62,863 nucleotides of DNA, taken from positions 1 to 62,863 of the forward strand of contig MEDY01000146.1 of the NCBI GenBank assembly GCA_001724265.1, written 5' to 3'. Position 1 is the first letter of the stretch, and each line of letters begins with the position of its first letter. This document shows, in pieces, positions 39,086-51,248 of the stretch. The position numbers and the translations under genes are program-made. Under the pieces are notes generated by a model. The model ran no database searches, was not told the origin of the DNA, and saw only the letters and a program-made list of their open reading frames with translations. The DNA comes from Rhizaria sp. SCN 62-66. Lineage: Eukaryota.

Positions 39086-42000
39086 ATGCGATCGTCTACT
39101 GGGGACAAGCCCGTGCCGCGGCCTGCGCCCCCCGCGGCGCCCGGCAAGGGCTGGTCTGCCTCCCTCGCGTCCTCCTCACCTGCTCAGACCGCCGGTGCGC
39201 TCAACTCCACGGCCTCGCTCCCCACGGCCGACCCCGCGTCAGGCCGCGTCTCCGCGCTCGCCGCTCAGGGTGCCCGCGCTGTCGCGGCCGCCAAGGCGTC
39301 TACGATGCGCCCCTCCGACGCCCGCAACTACATCAAGCGCCTCCCGCCGACGGTGCAGTCGTACCTGGCTGCGAACCCTTCCTTCGACGCCAATAGCGGC
39401 GCGTGGACGGGCCCGCCCGTCGCTTCGGCCGCGCTCGCCGCACCGCACCACCAGGAGTACACGCCCAACGGCCGGCGCCACGACTTGCCGCGCGCCTACC
39501 AGGCCGCCCCCGCGTTCCACGAGTTCGAGCAGCAGGCCGCGATGTTGCCCGTGGCCTCCGCGATCCTCATCCAGCGGCAGGCCAGCGAGCTGCTACGCCG
39601 CGCCAACGACGCCGCCGGCGGGGCAAACGCCGCGAGCAACGCCGCGGCGGACGGAAATGGCGACTCTAGTCTGTTCTCCCCCTCCTCGCGCCCTCCCTCG
39701 AGCTCGCACCCGAGCTCTAGCGCCAGCGCCAACGGCACCTCCGACTCGTTCAGCGGCGCTGCGAGCGCGTTGGGTCCCGGCCGCAGGCCCGCGTCCGGTG
39801 TGCGCGCCTCGGCGCACTCGTCTGCGCTGCTGTCGGACGCGGCGGCGGCCGCGGCAGCCGTGGTGGAGGCCGCCAGCAGCGCCAGCAGCGGCACTGGCGG
39901 CAGCCGCGTCATAGCGCAGCTCACGCGGCGCACCGACTCGAGCCTCGCGAATAACAATAACAACAACACGAGTTCTAGCGTGAATAACAATTACGCGATT
40001 TCTTCAAACAATGGCAAGTCTGGCGTCATGATGCATGGCCCTGCCCAAACCTCGCGCTTCAACGCGAACAACAGTCTCAACCAGCCTCTCTCGTCCTCAT
40101 CATCGTCGTCGTCATCGTCGTCGGGCGGTGGCACTGCGACCGCCGCGGTGCTCTCCGCGCTGGCGACCCCGGCCGCGCCGTACGCCCCCAGTCTCTACTA
40201 CTCCTTCGACGTGGGTGCGCCTTCGCTGACGGACCCCGCCTCTTCACTATCGGCCGCCCGCACCCACGCGCTGCGCGGCGCGGTCCGCGAGTCGGCCTCG
40301 TGTTCGGCGCCGCAGAAGACGCTGCTGCTGGCCGACGCGCGCCGGCGCCGCGGCGAGGCCCTGCTGGCCGCGATTGCGCCCCGCGCCACGCTGGCCGAGC
40401 TCACGGTCCCGGTCACGTCCTCGCTCGGCGCGCACACGGCCACGTTGTCGCTGCTGCAGACGCTCGCGGCGCTGCGGCGCGACCTGGACGCGACCTTCGC
40501 CAGCGTGAGCGCGCGCGCGCCGGTCAAGGCGCAGAGCGGGCGGCTCGCGCGGCGGTTGGCGCGCGTGTGGGAGCAACAACACCCGCTGGTGCGCGACGCG
40601 CTCGCGGGCGAGGCTGCGCGGGAGCTGGCCACGCGCGACGCCAGGACCGCCGCCGCGGCGCGGGCGCGCGCGGAGCGGCGGGAGCGGCGGCGCATTCCGG
40701 GCGTGCTGGCGGGCTCGCTGGCGGCGCGATTGCTGGTGACGGCGCACGGCATCTCGCTCACCGGCGACGGTGACGGCGCCGGGAACAGCGGCGGCAAAGG
40801 GCTGAGCGAGCTGAGTGAGAGCGAGGCCGCGGGTGGCGAGAGCGACAGCGACTACGTTAACACTGCGAACGGCGACGGTGATGACGATGATGGCGATGAG
40901 GATGGTTTCGGTAACGGCAGCGATACAAGCAGCCTTGAGGAATCCAAGTTAGGCCGCGTCAGCACCGGTCGTAGTGGCCGTCGCTCGCGTCACCACGGCA
41001 AGTCTAAGGGTACGGCCAGTCTAAGTGGCGGCAGCGGCGGTGCGCTGGACCTGAACCCCGGCGCGCGCACCGTCGGCCCCAACGGCGAGAGCATGGAGCA
41101 GTGGCTCCTCCGCCAAATCAACAGCTCCACCGCCAACACCAATGCAAACACTATGTTCAACAAAAGCGCGACTGCGACTGGCAACGTTAGCAGCAGCAGC
41201 CACCCGCCCTCGAGCGGCACGAGCACCGGCGCGGGTGTGGAGGGCGACATCCTGTGGCTGACGCAGCCGGACCCCACGCTGCTGCGCGGCGTCCACTACG
41301 TCCACCAGGCGCTCGGCAAGATTATCAACTTCGCGCTCGCGCCCTCCACCGCCGGCCCCAGCACCGCTGGCGCTGGTCCCGCAGTATCTGCGGCTGACGC
41401 CGGCTCAATCAAGACGGCGGCGCGCGACGGCACCGGCGGCCTCGACATTAGCCCCAGCGGCATCACCGTCACCGCCACCCTCTCGGGCAACCCTCTCAGC
41501 AGCGGCGACAAGACCGCAGCCAGTGCTCCTGCGAGCGGCGGCGCGAGCGGTGGCGGGTAGAACCCGTTCCTGACAGAGCTGGCGGCGCACGACGGCGAGA
41601 CAGTCTCGCTCTCGCTCGCAGTGCTGCTGGAGCAGCTGTCGCGCGTCATCGTGCTGCTCTTCGAGGCCTCGTTCGCGACCCAGCGCGAGACGATCCGCCG
41701 GCTGCTGCAGCGGCTGCAGCTGCGCGAGCAGGAGCGGTACGCGCGCACCGGCGCCTCGGGGGCGCTCCGCTTCAGCAACTCCAACGCCAACGCCGGCGGC
41801 GATGGTGCGAGTGGGGCGAACGGCGGCAGCAGCGACGCAGCGTCGGAGTCGACGTCAGCCCACCTGCAGCAGCTGCAGCAGCACCGCCAGCGGTCCCAGT
41901 TCAACATGACCAACGACCCCTGGGCGGCGGGCGTGTTTGACGACCCGGCATATAACTACACGCCGCCGCCGCCCACCGTCGTCAACAGCGAGGGCACCGC

Positions 42001-45000
42001 GTCTGCTGCTGCCGGTGGTGGTGTCGCGTCCGCAGTCGCAATGTCTAACAACACCTATAGCCGTCAGAGCATCGGTAACGCTAACGCCACTGGGGCCGGC
42101 TTTGTGCCCCTCGGTGGCGGCAACAGCGACCCGTTCGCGTCCTCGTCCGCGCTCAGCCCACACCCCGCCACTCTGACCCAGCGCGGCTTCGTCAACGCCA
42201 ACGCCAACGCCGCGATGTCCCTCACGACCGCGGACCCGCTGGCGCTGGGCCCCGACCTCCTCGCGCCGCATGACCCCGCCGCCGACCCCTACGCCGCCAG
42301 CGCCGGCTCTGGCGCGGCCGGAGAGAGTAATCCTTTCTTCGGCGTCGGCGAGGCGCTCTCAGCCGCGATCCTGAAGCGTCAGAACGCGGACCTGCAGCGG
42401 CAGGTCGAGGAGCTCCAGGGCTCGGTGCGCCGGCTGGAGCGTCTGGCAGGCGCCTACCGCACCGTCACCACGGGCGCAGTTAACGCCATCAACTCCGCAT
42501 ACAGCAGCAACGGCGGCATCGCCGGCAGGAGTGTTGGTGCGATCGGCGCTGTGGGCGACGAGGGCGAGGTCGCGGTCGTCGGCTCTGCGCTGCTCGCTTC
42601 GCTGGATGATCTCGAGGCGACACTGGTCGGGTCTGACGACTCGCGCGAAGAGCAGCTCAAGCTCCTCGGCGAGCTCGACAGCCTGGTCCAGAAGACGATG
42701 CGGCAGCACGCGCTAGCCGTCACCACGGTCGCCATGAGCGAGTTCGAGATCAAGACGCGCACCGAGGCCGCCGTGAGCGCCATTGTCGGGCGCGAGCGCG
42801 CAGACTTCCGCCGCCAGCGCTACAAGCTCGTGACGGCCGCGCGCGACAACCTGCGGTCCGCCCGTACCGGCGGCGCTTTGACCGCCACGCAAGGTGTCGG
42901 CTCCGGCGCGATCAGCGCCGCGGGCACCAGTCTGGTGGGTCCCGGCAGCTCCATGACACCGTTCGGCAGCGCCAGTCCGTACGACGAAGAGGACGAGGGC
43001 GCGGTCGAGGGCGACGCCGGGCTGTACGGCCACGCCGCTAGCCTGACAAACGCCAACTCCAACGGGCCGATGGACCTCTTGAGCTTCGGTGACAGTGTCG
43101 ACAACGGAAACAACAGTGCCACATTTGGCCAGCTGACCGTGGGCAGCGTCGGTGGCAGCGCGAGAGGCAAAGGGCGCAAGTACCGCGGCATCGGCAGCTC
43201 GGCTGACGCGGGCAGCGGCGCCGACAGCGCCGACCAGGAAACCACCGACGAAGACTCCGCGGGCTCCGACGCCAACGCCGATGGCGCCAGCGACGGCGAC
43301 GGCGAGGGCGGCGACGCCGGCGACGGGTATAGCGCGCGCGGCGCGCTCAACGGGCTCGTCTCTGGCCGCGTCGCCGCCGCCGTGGGCTCGGTGCTGGCCA
43401 CGACTGGCGGTGAGCGCCAGGGCCGGCCCGTTCAGCTCGCGCTCGCGTCCGGCGAGTCCGCGAAGCGCGCGTTCGCGCTGCGGTCTGGCGCCGCCGCCGC
43501 CGCGGGCGCCGCTGCCGGTGCGGCGTCGGTGCTCGCCAACTCGGCCGTCAGTCCTAGCTCCGCCGCCGCGGGCAGCAGCGGCGCTGCTGGCGCGGGCGCC
43601 GGGAGTGCCGGAGCGGGAGCTGGGTCCACCGGAGGCGTGGGCCTGAGTGCGGACGACCGCGAGGAGGCGCTGACGCACGCGCAGATCCTTGCGCAGCACC
43701 TGGTGGACATGCGCGACGCCGTGCTGTGCGAGGACTCGCTACCGCGCGCCAAGGGCGTCGTGCTGGAGCGCGTTGATGCCGTGCTGCGCGCGCTCGGCGT
43801 CAGCACGCGGGCCGCGACCACCATCCCAGGCATTGCCGCCGCGAGCTCGGGCTTCAGCTCGCAGGCGGGCGCCAGCGGCGCCGGTGGCCGCCGCAGGCAC
43901 AAGAGCAAGGGCGCCGCGTCGGCGGGCTCTGGCACTGGGACGGCCAGCGAGCTCAGGGGTGCGGTCGCCGCCGCGGATGCGGGCGTGCTGACCAAGGCCG
44001 CGACCACGGGCGTGCTGACCGGCACCGTCACGCTGGGCCCGTTCGGCCGCACCGGCACGCTGCGCGACGCCACCGCCGCAGTCTCGGGCCGCCCCACCGC
44101 GCTCAACTCCTCTAGTACAAGCGCCGGCTCTGCCACGGGCGCGATCACAGCCGGCGCTGGCTCCAGTGCCAGCGCGAGCGCGGGCGCGGGCGGTGGCGGC
44201 GGCGTCGCCGGCGCGGACGGCGCGATGACGGCCGCGGCGGGCGCCGTGGTGGTGCGTCGCCGCCGCAACACGCCGGGTCTGCTGCGCGCCGTGCTGCGCG
44301 CCACGCCGCGCGCGGGCGCGGGCGGGGAGTTCCGCGTCGACGTGCCCGCGCGCAGCATGTTCGCGCCGGGCGCCGAGGGCTTCCTCGTGAGCGCCGCCAC
44401 TACGACAATGACGACGACGACGACAACGACGACGACGACGACGATGACGCACGCGCTCGCCCACCAGTCGCAGTCTTTGCAGTCGCAATCGCACACCGGC
44501 AGCGCCGGCGCTGGCGACGCCGCGCCGACTGTGACGCGCGTGAACCTGCTATCCCTGGGACTGTTCTTGCGCCGCATGATGCTCTCCAAAGTCCTGGTCG
44601 ACGTGGGCACGCGCCAGGCGGGCACGGCGCACTGGCCTCTACAGCGTTTCCTGCTTGAGATGTGCGGCCGCTCCAAGACCCCCACGGTCAAGGCGCCCTC
44701 GACGCTGCTGCAGCTGTACGCTCCCACCGCCAATGCGCGCGGCGGCGGCTACGGCGGCGACCGCGACCGGCTGTCGAGCGGCGGCAGCGGGCTGTCCGTG
44801 CCGGGCAGCGGCGGCGTCAGCGCCAACAGCAGCGGTGGCTCCCGTCCCTCGAGCACCACGAACTCTGCCCCGAGCAGCAGTGGCGGCACCGGCCCCAGCT
44901 CTTCCGCCGCCGCCGCCGCCGCCGCCGCCGCTGGGGCGCACGGCGCGCTGGCCCCGTCGCCCGCGACGACGGCCGCGGCGCTGCGCGTGCACCCCGGCGC

Positions 45001-47440
45001 CTGCGCGCTGCCGCTGGCCGTGATCCCGGACGTGTCGTCGCTGCCCGCGCTCTTCGCGGGCCCGTCCACGGCGCCGTTGCTCACCGTCGCGCCGGCCGCC
45101 TCCAGCGCCGCCACCGCGGCGACCACGACGGCCACGACGACTGCGGTAACCACGACGACGACGACCACGACGGTGGCCGTGCCCGTGGTGGGCAACGGCA
45201 GCAACAACGGCCCGACCCCGCTGGCGCTGCACCGGTTTGCGGGGCTGCTCCGAGACGTGGTCCACGGCCTGCGCGACTCGCTCACGGGCCCCGTCGCGTT
45301 TGCCCGGTTACTCGTCGTGCAGCGTTCGCTGAGTCTGTTCCCCGACGCGCCCGTGCCGGCGCAATGGGGCGATGTCGTGGCCGTGGCGCTACAGAGCGTG
45401 TTCGACGTGCTGCACGAGCGCGCGCACGTCTACCTCTCGGGCGTCCGGCTCAAGATGACCGACGAGAGCAGCATGCAGGCCGCGCTAGACGTGCTGCACT
45501 CGCGCTGCAACATGCGCGGTCGCGTCATGCAGCAGCAGCAGCAACAGCAACAGCAGCAGGGGCAGGCGGGCGCGCAGTCGCAGCACCCTGCGGGGCCGCT
45601 GGCGGCCGCGTCGCCGTTCAGCCCCAACGCCACCAAGTCGCTCGTCAGAACTGCGAGCGGCAGCAGTAGTGGGAGTGGGAGTAACTTCGGTGGCTCTATG
45701 ATCGCAGCGCACGCGCTGGCGACCCGCAGCTTCCGCCACAATCTGTCCTCGCTGACCGACTCGCCGTACGACCCCTCGCTGGCCGACGCGGCGCTGTCCA
45801 CTTTGATCCCGGCCACGCTGGCGATCGCGGCTGTGCAGTCTCTGTTCCGCTCGGGCGGGTACCCCGAGACCGTGACGACCTACTGCCTCACGCTGATCGA
45901 CGCCGCACTGCTCGTGCGGCTCGCGGGCGGCGGGCTCATTCCCCCGCCCTCGCTGCCGGGCCCCGGCACCGCGGCGGCAGCGTCCCTGCTTGCCGTGCTG
46001 CCCACGGTCAACCCCGGAGACTCCTTCACACCTGCCGCGCCCTGGGCCGCGGCCGGTGGCGGCGAGGCGGCCTTTGCGGCCCGCGTCCGCGCGGCGCAGC
46101 ACCAGGCCGCCGCAGCCGCAGCCTCCGCCGCCGCGCCCGGCGGGAATACAGGCGGCGCGAGCGGCGGCGGCAGCGCTGCCGCGGGCGGCTTCGGCGCGAC
46201 CGGCGGCGACGTCACCGGAGGTGTGTTTGGCGCCGACCGGTACAACCACTCAGCGGCATCGGTCGCGGCGGCCGCCAACACCGCAACGGCGGCGCTTCTG
46301 CCGCCGCCGTCGCCCGCGGCCCAGGCGCAGCGCCTGCGCGTGATCGCGACGCAGCACGTCCTGGCCTACTGCGAGGCGCTGGCGGCCGAGCGCGGGCTCG
46401 AGCGGGGCGGCAAGGATGACCTTTTCGTGCACTTGTTCGCGATGGGCACCGACGAGCCCCCCGCCGCACCGCTACACCGCCGCCGCTCCTCCGCGGCCAC
46501 CGCCGCCGCCTTTGTTGCCAACGTCAACAACACCAGCCACGGCAGCGCCGGCGCTGGGGCGGCGGCGACCGAGGGCGACAACGTCGCGTCGTCTGCGCTG
46601 CTCTCGCCGTACGCCACGGGATCGATTAGCACTGTGGAGCTGCGCCGCCGCATTGCGGCCGTGCCGGCGCTGCGTTCTGCGCTCGGCGACGACAGCATCG
46701 CGGCACTGGCCGGCGCCTTCGACCTAGACGGCAGCGGCCGGCTGAACCCACGCCAATTCGCGCGCGTGTTCGCCCCCGAGGCGCTCTCGCTGGCCATGGT
46801 CGAGCTGGACGTCGTGCTGCTGTGCGTTGGCGCTGCCTGGCAGCAATGGCGCTGCCTGCTGCACGCGCAGCTGGCCGAGCTCTTCGCCGCCGCCGACGGC
46901 GACAAGGACGGGCAGTTGGGGCTCGACGAGTTCACGCTCGTCGTCACTCGCGTCGCCGGCGGCGGGGACAAGAGCAACAGGCAAGTCCTGCTCATGTTTA
47001 CCGAGGCGGTCCGCCTGGGCGACGTCGGCTTCGACGCTGTCGACTCGCCTGAGCCCTTCCTGTACGCACAGCAGCAGCTCGGCGGGAGAAACGGCGCCGG
47101 CGGCGGCAGCGCGCGCGCGGGCCCCGTCACGACCACGCAGGGCCTGGAGACCCTCGGCGACGGGCTCGTGGCCAGCATGCGCGCTGACAGCAGCAGCAGC
47201 GACGCTGCGGGCGCCGGCGACGGGGACGGGGACGGCATCAGCAGCTCCGACCGCGTGCGCTTGCCTGCGCTGCTGCTGGTGGCGGACCGCTACCGCCTCG
47301 GGCTCTCGGCCACCGCGACAGCGCCGACCAACGCAGGGCTGCAGGGCATGGTCGACCGCGTCGCCGGGCTCGTGGCAGAGGCCGCGGAGGCCGAGGGCGC
47401 GGCGGCGGCCGCCGCGGCGGGTGGGGCGCGGCGCCGGTAA
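39086..47440 (+). CDS. Giant low-complexity coiled-coil protein with C-terminal EF-hands, about 2,784 aa, with one in-frame TAG (41558-41560)
   Basis: ORFs 39086..41560 and 41621..47440 share a frame, with open GC-rich codons between them (xNPFLTELAAHDGETVSLSLAV). EF loops DLDGSGRLNPRQF (46721) and DGDKDGQLGLDEF (46895); coiled coil LKRQNADLQRQVEELQGSVRRLE. Ends TAA. Confidence 0.75.
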
Positions 47441-47650
47441 AGGCGTGGCCAAAGCGCAAGCAAGAACGAAAACATAATAACTTAAAGCAAATATCATTAG
47501 TTTAGTTTTCTCTCGTATAATTACGAGCTACCTTGTCATTTGTGTAATTTTGAATACAAATTCATTCTTTTTCTCTCAGCCTTAAATCGAAGCCTTGTGT
47601 TGAATTGAAAGTATCACTTTGTATTTGTTTATAGCGAAGTTCATACGTAT

Positions 47651-47678
47651 ACATTATAAAGTCTACATTATAAAGTCT
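47651..47678. repeat. Perfect 14-bp tandem duplication (ACATTATAAAGTCT x2)
   Basis: Read directly, in the spacer between convergent genes. Confidence 0.9.
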
Positions 47679-47893
47679 AACTGTGCGAATATATTGCGCG
47701 TCGTCGTTGCTGCTTCAACTCGCAGCAACAACAGCACGACGTACGTAGCTTACGATATTCATTGTTTGTTATTTTGAGTTTTTCCTTTGTAACCAATCAG
47801 GGGAATGACGAGCCCACGCAAACAGGCGCGCGCTCATCTTAGTCCTCTTTTGCTTTGCTCATAGTCGCCTGGCGTTCGATGCCGTTCTCGCAC

Positions 47894-48524
47894 TTACTGG
47901 TGGGTGGCGGAGCGGCGGGGCACGAGGATATCCTTGATCTTGTCCAGCGGCTGGCCCTTGATCAGCGACGCGATCTTGGCGCAGCCCAGGTGCAGCAGCC
48001 CAGGGATGTGAAGGTAGAGTGCGCCCATGGTGACGTCGTACAGCAGCTGGATGCTGCGCTCGTGGATGCCGTCCATGAAGACGGCGTCGTTGGCGTCGGG
48101 GCACACCTCCTGCAGCAGACGGCTGCGAAGCGGCTTCTCGACGTAGGGCGCCTCGGTGCCGTTGTGGCGGTTGACGTAGGACGTGATGGCGTCGAGCACC
48201 TCGCCGTCCAGGTCCACCTCGATGTCCACAGCGTTGGGGTCTGGAAGCGCAACACAAAACAAAAAGGGAGATCAAAAATGCAAATTAAAGTGTGTTTGAA
48301 CAGTGGTGAGTAAGTGAGGTGGGGATGGGGTTCGATGGGGAGGCATGCGTAAGTGGAAATATGGAAAGGATCTGTGGGCCTGAGGTGGGATGGTGAGGGG
48401 ACATACCTTGCTCAAGAGCAGAGACGACGAAGCCAGAGATGGAGGCAGCGCGGCGGGAGATGGTGTACGAGGCACCGTTACGCTTGGAAACAAGGCGGAT
48501 CGGCGGCTGGTTCTCCTTAGACAT
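47894..48524 (-). CDS. Skp1-family protein (BTB/POZ-like plus partial dimerisation region), 154 aa
   Basis: Exons 48524-48407 and 48240-47894. IRLVSK..ISRRAASISGFV, VEKPLRS, LYDVTMGALYLHIPGLLHLGCAKIASLIKG match the Skp1 pattern (AANYLxIxxLLxxxCxxVAxxIKG). Ends TAA. Confidence 0.88.
48241..48406 (-). other. Spliceosomal intron (166 nt), Skp1-like gene
   Basis: Minus-strand GTATGT...TCCAG, phase 1 (G|AC), joins the two Skp1 halves in frame. Confidence 0.88.
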
Positions 48525-48982
48525 GCAGGCGAGCGGTCTGAAGGAAAGAATGATTGGAAGGGAGGACGAAACGAGTAAGGGTGAGAAAAGCAAGCGAATT
48601 GTGGCACTAAAATAGCTTTCTACTGCAAAACAAATTTGAATTGGATAGACCAACTCATTAATGCAAATTCTACATCCGTCTCAGTTTAATTCAACGTCTG
48701 CAAGGGGTCGAATTCCTTGTCTCAAGTTGACTATCCTTTGATTCCCCCTCTAGAGCTGTTGTTACTCTCAGTCTCGGTCAGTCGCTCAATCAATCGTGTC
48801 TGACTGGACTAGCCACAAGACGTCCCCTTGTCGACAGATTTTCAAAGATTGGGCGAGATTGACTCACAAGTTAAAATTGTCACTTAAAGGGTAAAAAAAT
48901 AGGTTTATTAAACAGAAAAATTATGATAAGTTTTGTTAAATAAAGTTAAATTCACATTGGGCAAGGATATCACGGGAAAATG

Positions 48983-51013
48983 TCAATTCTCTTCTGTGTT
49001 CTTGTCCGCGGCTGCCGCCGCCGCCGCCGCCACCGCCGCCGTGGCCGCCACCTTGTTCGCCACCTTGTTCGCGCGCCCCATCTCCATCTTGACCGCGGCG
49101 ACCGTTTTCGCGGTCTCGATAAGCCTCTGCACGCCCGCCGAAGCGCCGGCGCGCGCGTCCTCGGCCGCCGCGAAGGGGATCACCTGCGGCGTCTCGCCGA
49201 AAACGCGCCGGAAGTCGCGCAGAGGCACGGTGAAAAAGGGCTCAGAGAAGAATGAGTAGTGGGAGTTCTTGAGCGCGTAGCGGGCGCGGGAAGGGATGAC
49301 GTGCGCCACAGGGGCCGCCACAGCGCTGTTTTCAGCGCTAGCCGTGAAGTTGCTGTGTGCGTTGTGTGTGTTGTGTGTGTTGTGTGTGTTGATGCGTTGA
49401 GGCTTGTTCTTGTTGGCGTTGCTATGAAGGTTGTGACTCGCATTCTGCGCTTTCTTAGCGTTGTTAGCGCTGCTGTTGTTGCCTTGGTTGTGAGCCTTGC
49501 TGTCGTCATCATTATCATCATCGTCGCCGTCGCCGTCGTCACCATCGTCGTCGTCGACACTGTCAGAGTCATCAAGCATACTCTGCAGCATGTCCATCGC
49601 GCGCCTCTTGGCCCGCACAACTTCGTCGACATCACCATTGCCAACACCGTTACCACCAGCAGTACTCGCCCCCGCCTCCGTTGTCTTGCCACGCATCTTC
49701 GATGCAGCGGCAACAGCGATAGACCCAGTTCCAGCGGCTTTGGCGGCATCGGCGCTCGATAGCGACTGCAAACAGTGCGCTGCACAGTGCGCCGCACATT
49801 GCGCTGCTGCGAAGTCGGCGTTGCGGCGCAGCACGTCGCGCACAGTGCCGGACAAGCCCACGGACACGGGCTCCGCGTGGCGGGTACCGGTGAGGCTCGC
49901 TCGGACGGTGAGCGCGCTCGCGCTGAAGCCTTCACAGCCAACGACGGGGGCAATGCCCGCGAGGCTTAAGCCGTCCCTGCTGCTGATGTCACTGCGACCG
50001 TGGGAGGCTGATGCGACAGCGGAGTCGAACGCGCGAACTAAAGCCGTGGTTACGGACGCGGGCACTGGGATGAGCGAATCGTGCGGGAGACCATCTGAGG
50101 CGGCGGCGCCGCTCGTGGTAACATATGAGGCGCTGGCGTGGTGCTGCACCACATAAAGCTGCTGTTGTTGCTGCTGGTGGTGGTGCTGGTGTTGCTGCTG
50201 GCGCTGGTGGTGGCGAGAGTGCTGTGGCGCGGTGCTGACGAACAGCAGTGTGGGCACTGAACACTGCGAGCGGGCACAGTCGAGTGTGACGAGCGTCGTG
50301 TAGCCGCTCACGGTCACCGCAACACCACCAAGCGCCGCAACCGCGGTTATAGTTATAGCCGCAGCCGCAGTCGCCGACGCTGCTTGGCGAGCGGGGTGGT
50401 GGGTGTGCCACAAGGTGCAGCTGAGGAGGCCGTCATGGCTGAGACCAGGGGCTGCACTTGCACTGTCGTCGGTTTCACTGGCGGACGCATCCGTGGACGC
50501 GACGGTGCTGCTGTGTGTTGGAATTCGGTGATACATGCTGAGATACACTCGCAGCACGTTCTTCTCACTGTCACCAATGACGCTCGCACGTGCACATCCA
50601 CTGCTACTGGTCGCGGTCGTGGTCGCGCCATTGTTGTTGCCACACAGGGTACTCCACGCGACCTCGCTGTCCAGGGCCGCGCTGGCCCCGTCGACGCTCA
50701 GGCCGGTAACCACCGCCGTGCGCACAGTGTCTGCCGACTGTGAGAGGAGCGGGGCGAGCGCGTAGCCGGCGAAGGTGGCGCGGTGACGGGTGTAGACGGC
50801 CAGGCAGAGCGCGGCGACATCGGCCCACAGCACACGCACGGGCGGGGGCACGCTGGGAGCGAATGCGGGGGCGGCGGGGGTGGCGGCCGTGGCGGGAGCT
50901 GCGGCGGCAGGAATTGCGAAGGTTGCGGACAGACGCCAGCTCTGGGGGATACTGCAGAGCATGACAGGACTTGAAACCGTGCCAGTGACCAACTGAAAAC
51001 GAAATGAGTCCAT
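48983..51013 (-). CDS. Hypothetical protein, 676 aa, low complexity
   Basis: Long ATG-initiated ORF with GC-rich coding composition, bounded by AT-richer spacers; ends TGA; no family recognised. Confidence 0.7.
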   Translation of the reverse strand: MDSFRFQLVTGTVSSPVMLCSIPQSWRLSATFAIPAAAAPATAATPAAPAFAPSVPPPVRVLWADVAALCLAVYTRHRATFAGYALAPLLSQSADTVRTAVVTGLSVDGASAALDSEVAWSTLCGNNNGATTTATSSSGCARASVIGDSEKNVLRVYLSMYHRIPTHSSTVASTDASASETDDSASAAPGLSHDGLLSCTLWHTHHPARQAASATAAAAITITAVAALGGVAVTVSGYTTLVTLDCARSQCSVPTLLFVSTAPQHSRHHQRQQQHQHHHQQQQQQLYVVQHHASASYVTTSGAAASDGLPHDSLIPVPASVTTALVRAFDSAVASASHGRSDISSRDGLSLAGIAPVVGCEGFSASALTVRASLTGTRHAEPVSVGLSGTVRDVLRRNADFAAAQCAAHCAAHCLQSLSSADAAKAAGTGSIAVAAASKMRGKTTEAGASTAGGNGVGNGDVDEVVRAKRRAMDMLQSMLDDSDSVDDDDGDDGDGDDDDNDDDSKAHNQGNNSSANNAKKAQNASHNLHSNANKNKPQRINTHNTHNTHNAHSNFTASAENSAVAAPVAHVIPSRARYALKNSHYSFFSEPFFTVPLRDFRRVFGETPQVIPFAAAEDARAGASAGVQRLIETAKTVAAVKMEMGRANKVANKVAATAAVAAAAAAAADKNTEEN

Positions 51014-51248
51014 GTTTGCGGAGTAAAGACGCCTGTTGGCGCGGACGGGGTGACACGAGAGAAGGTTTTGTAGAGCTTGCTGTGGGGACTGGACTCTGCT
51101 TGTGGCTGTGGATGAGGTGGAAAGAGGCGAGACAGAAAATAAGCGATTATGACTTATAACAGTGTTTAGATTGAATTTCTAAATTAATTCATATAGATCT
51201 CTCAATTTTACACTTGTTTCTCTTTTTGAATTTTCAGTACACGGACGA

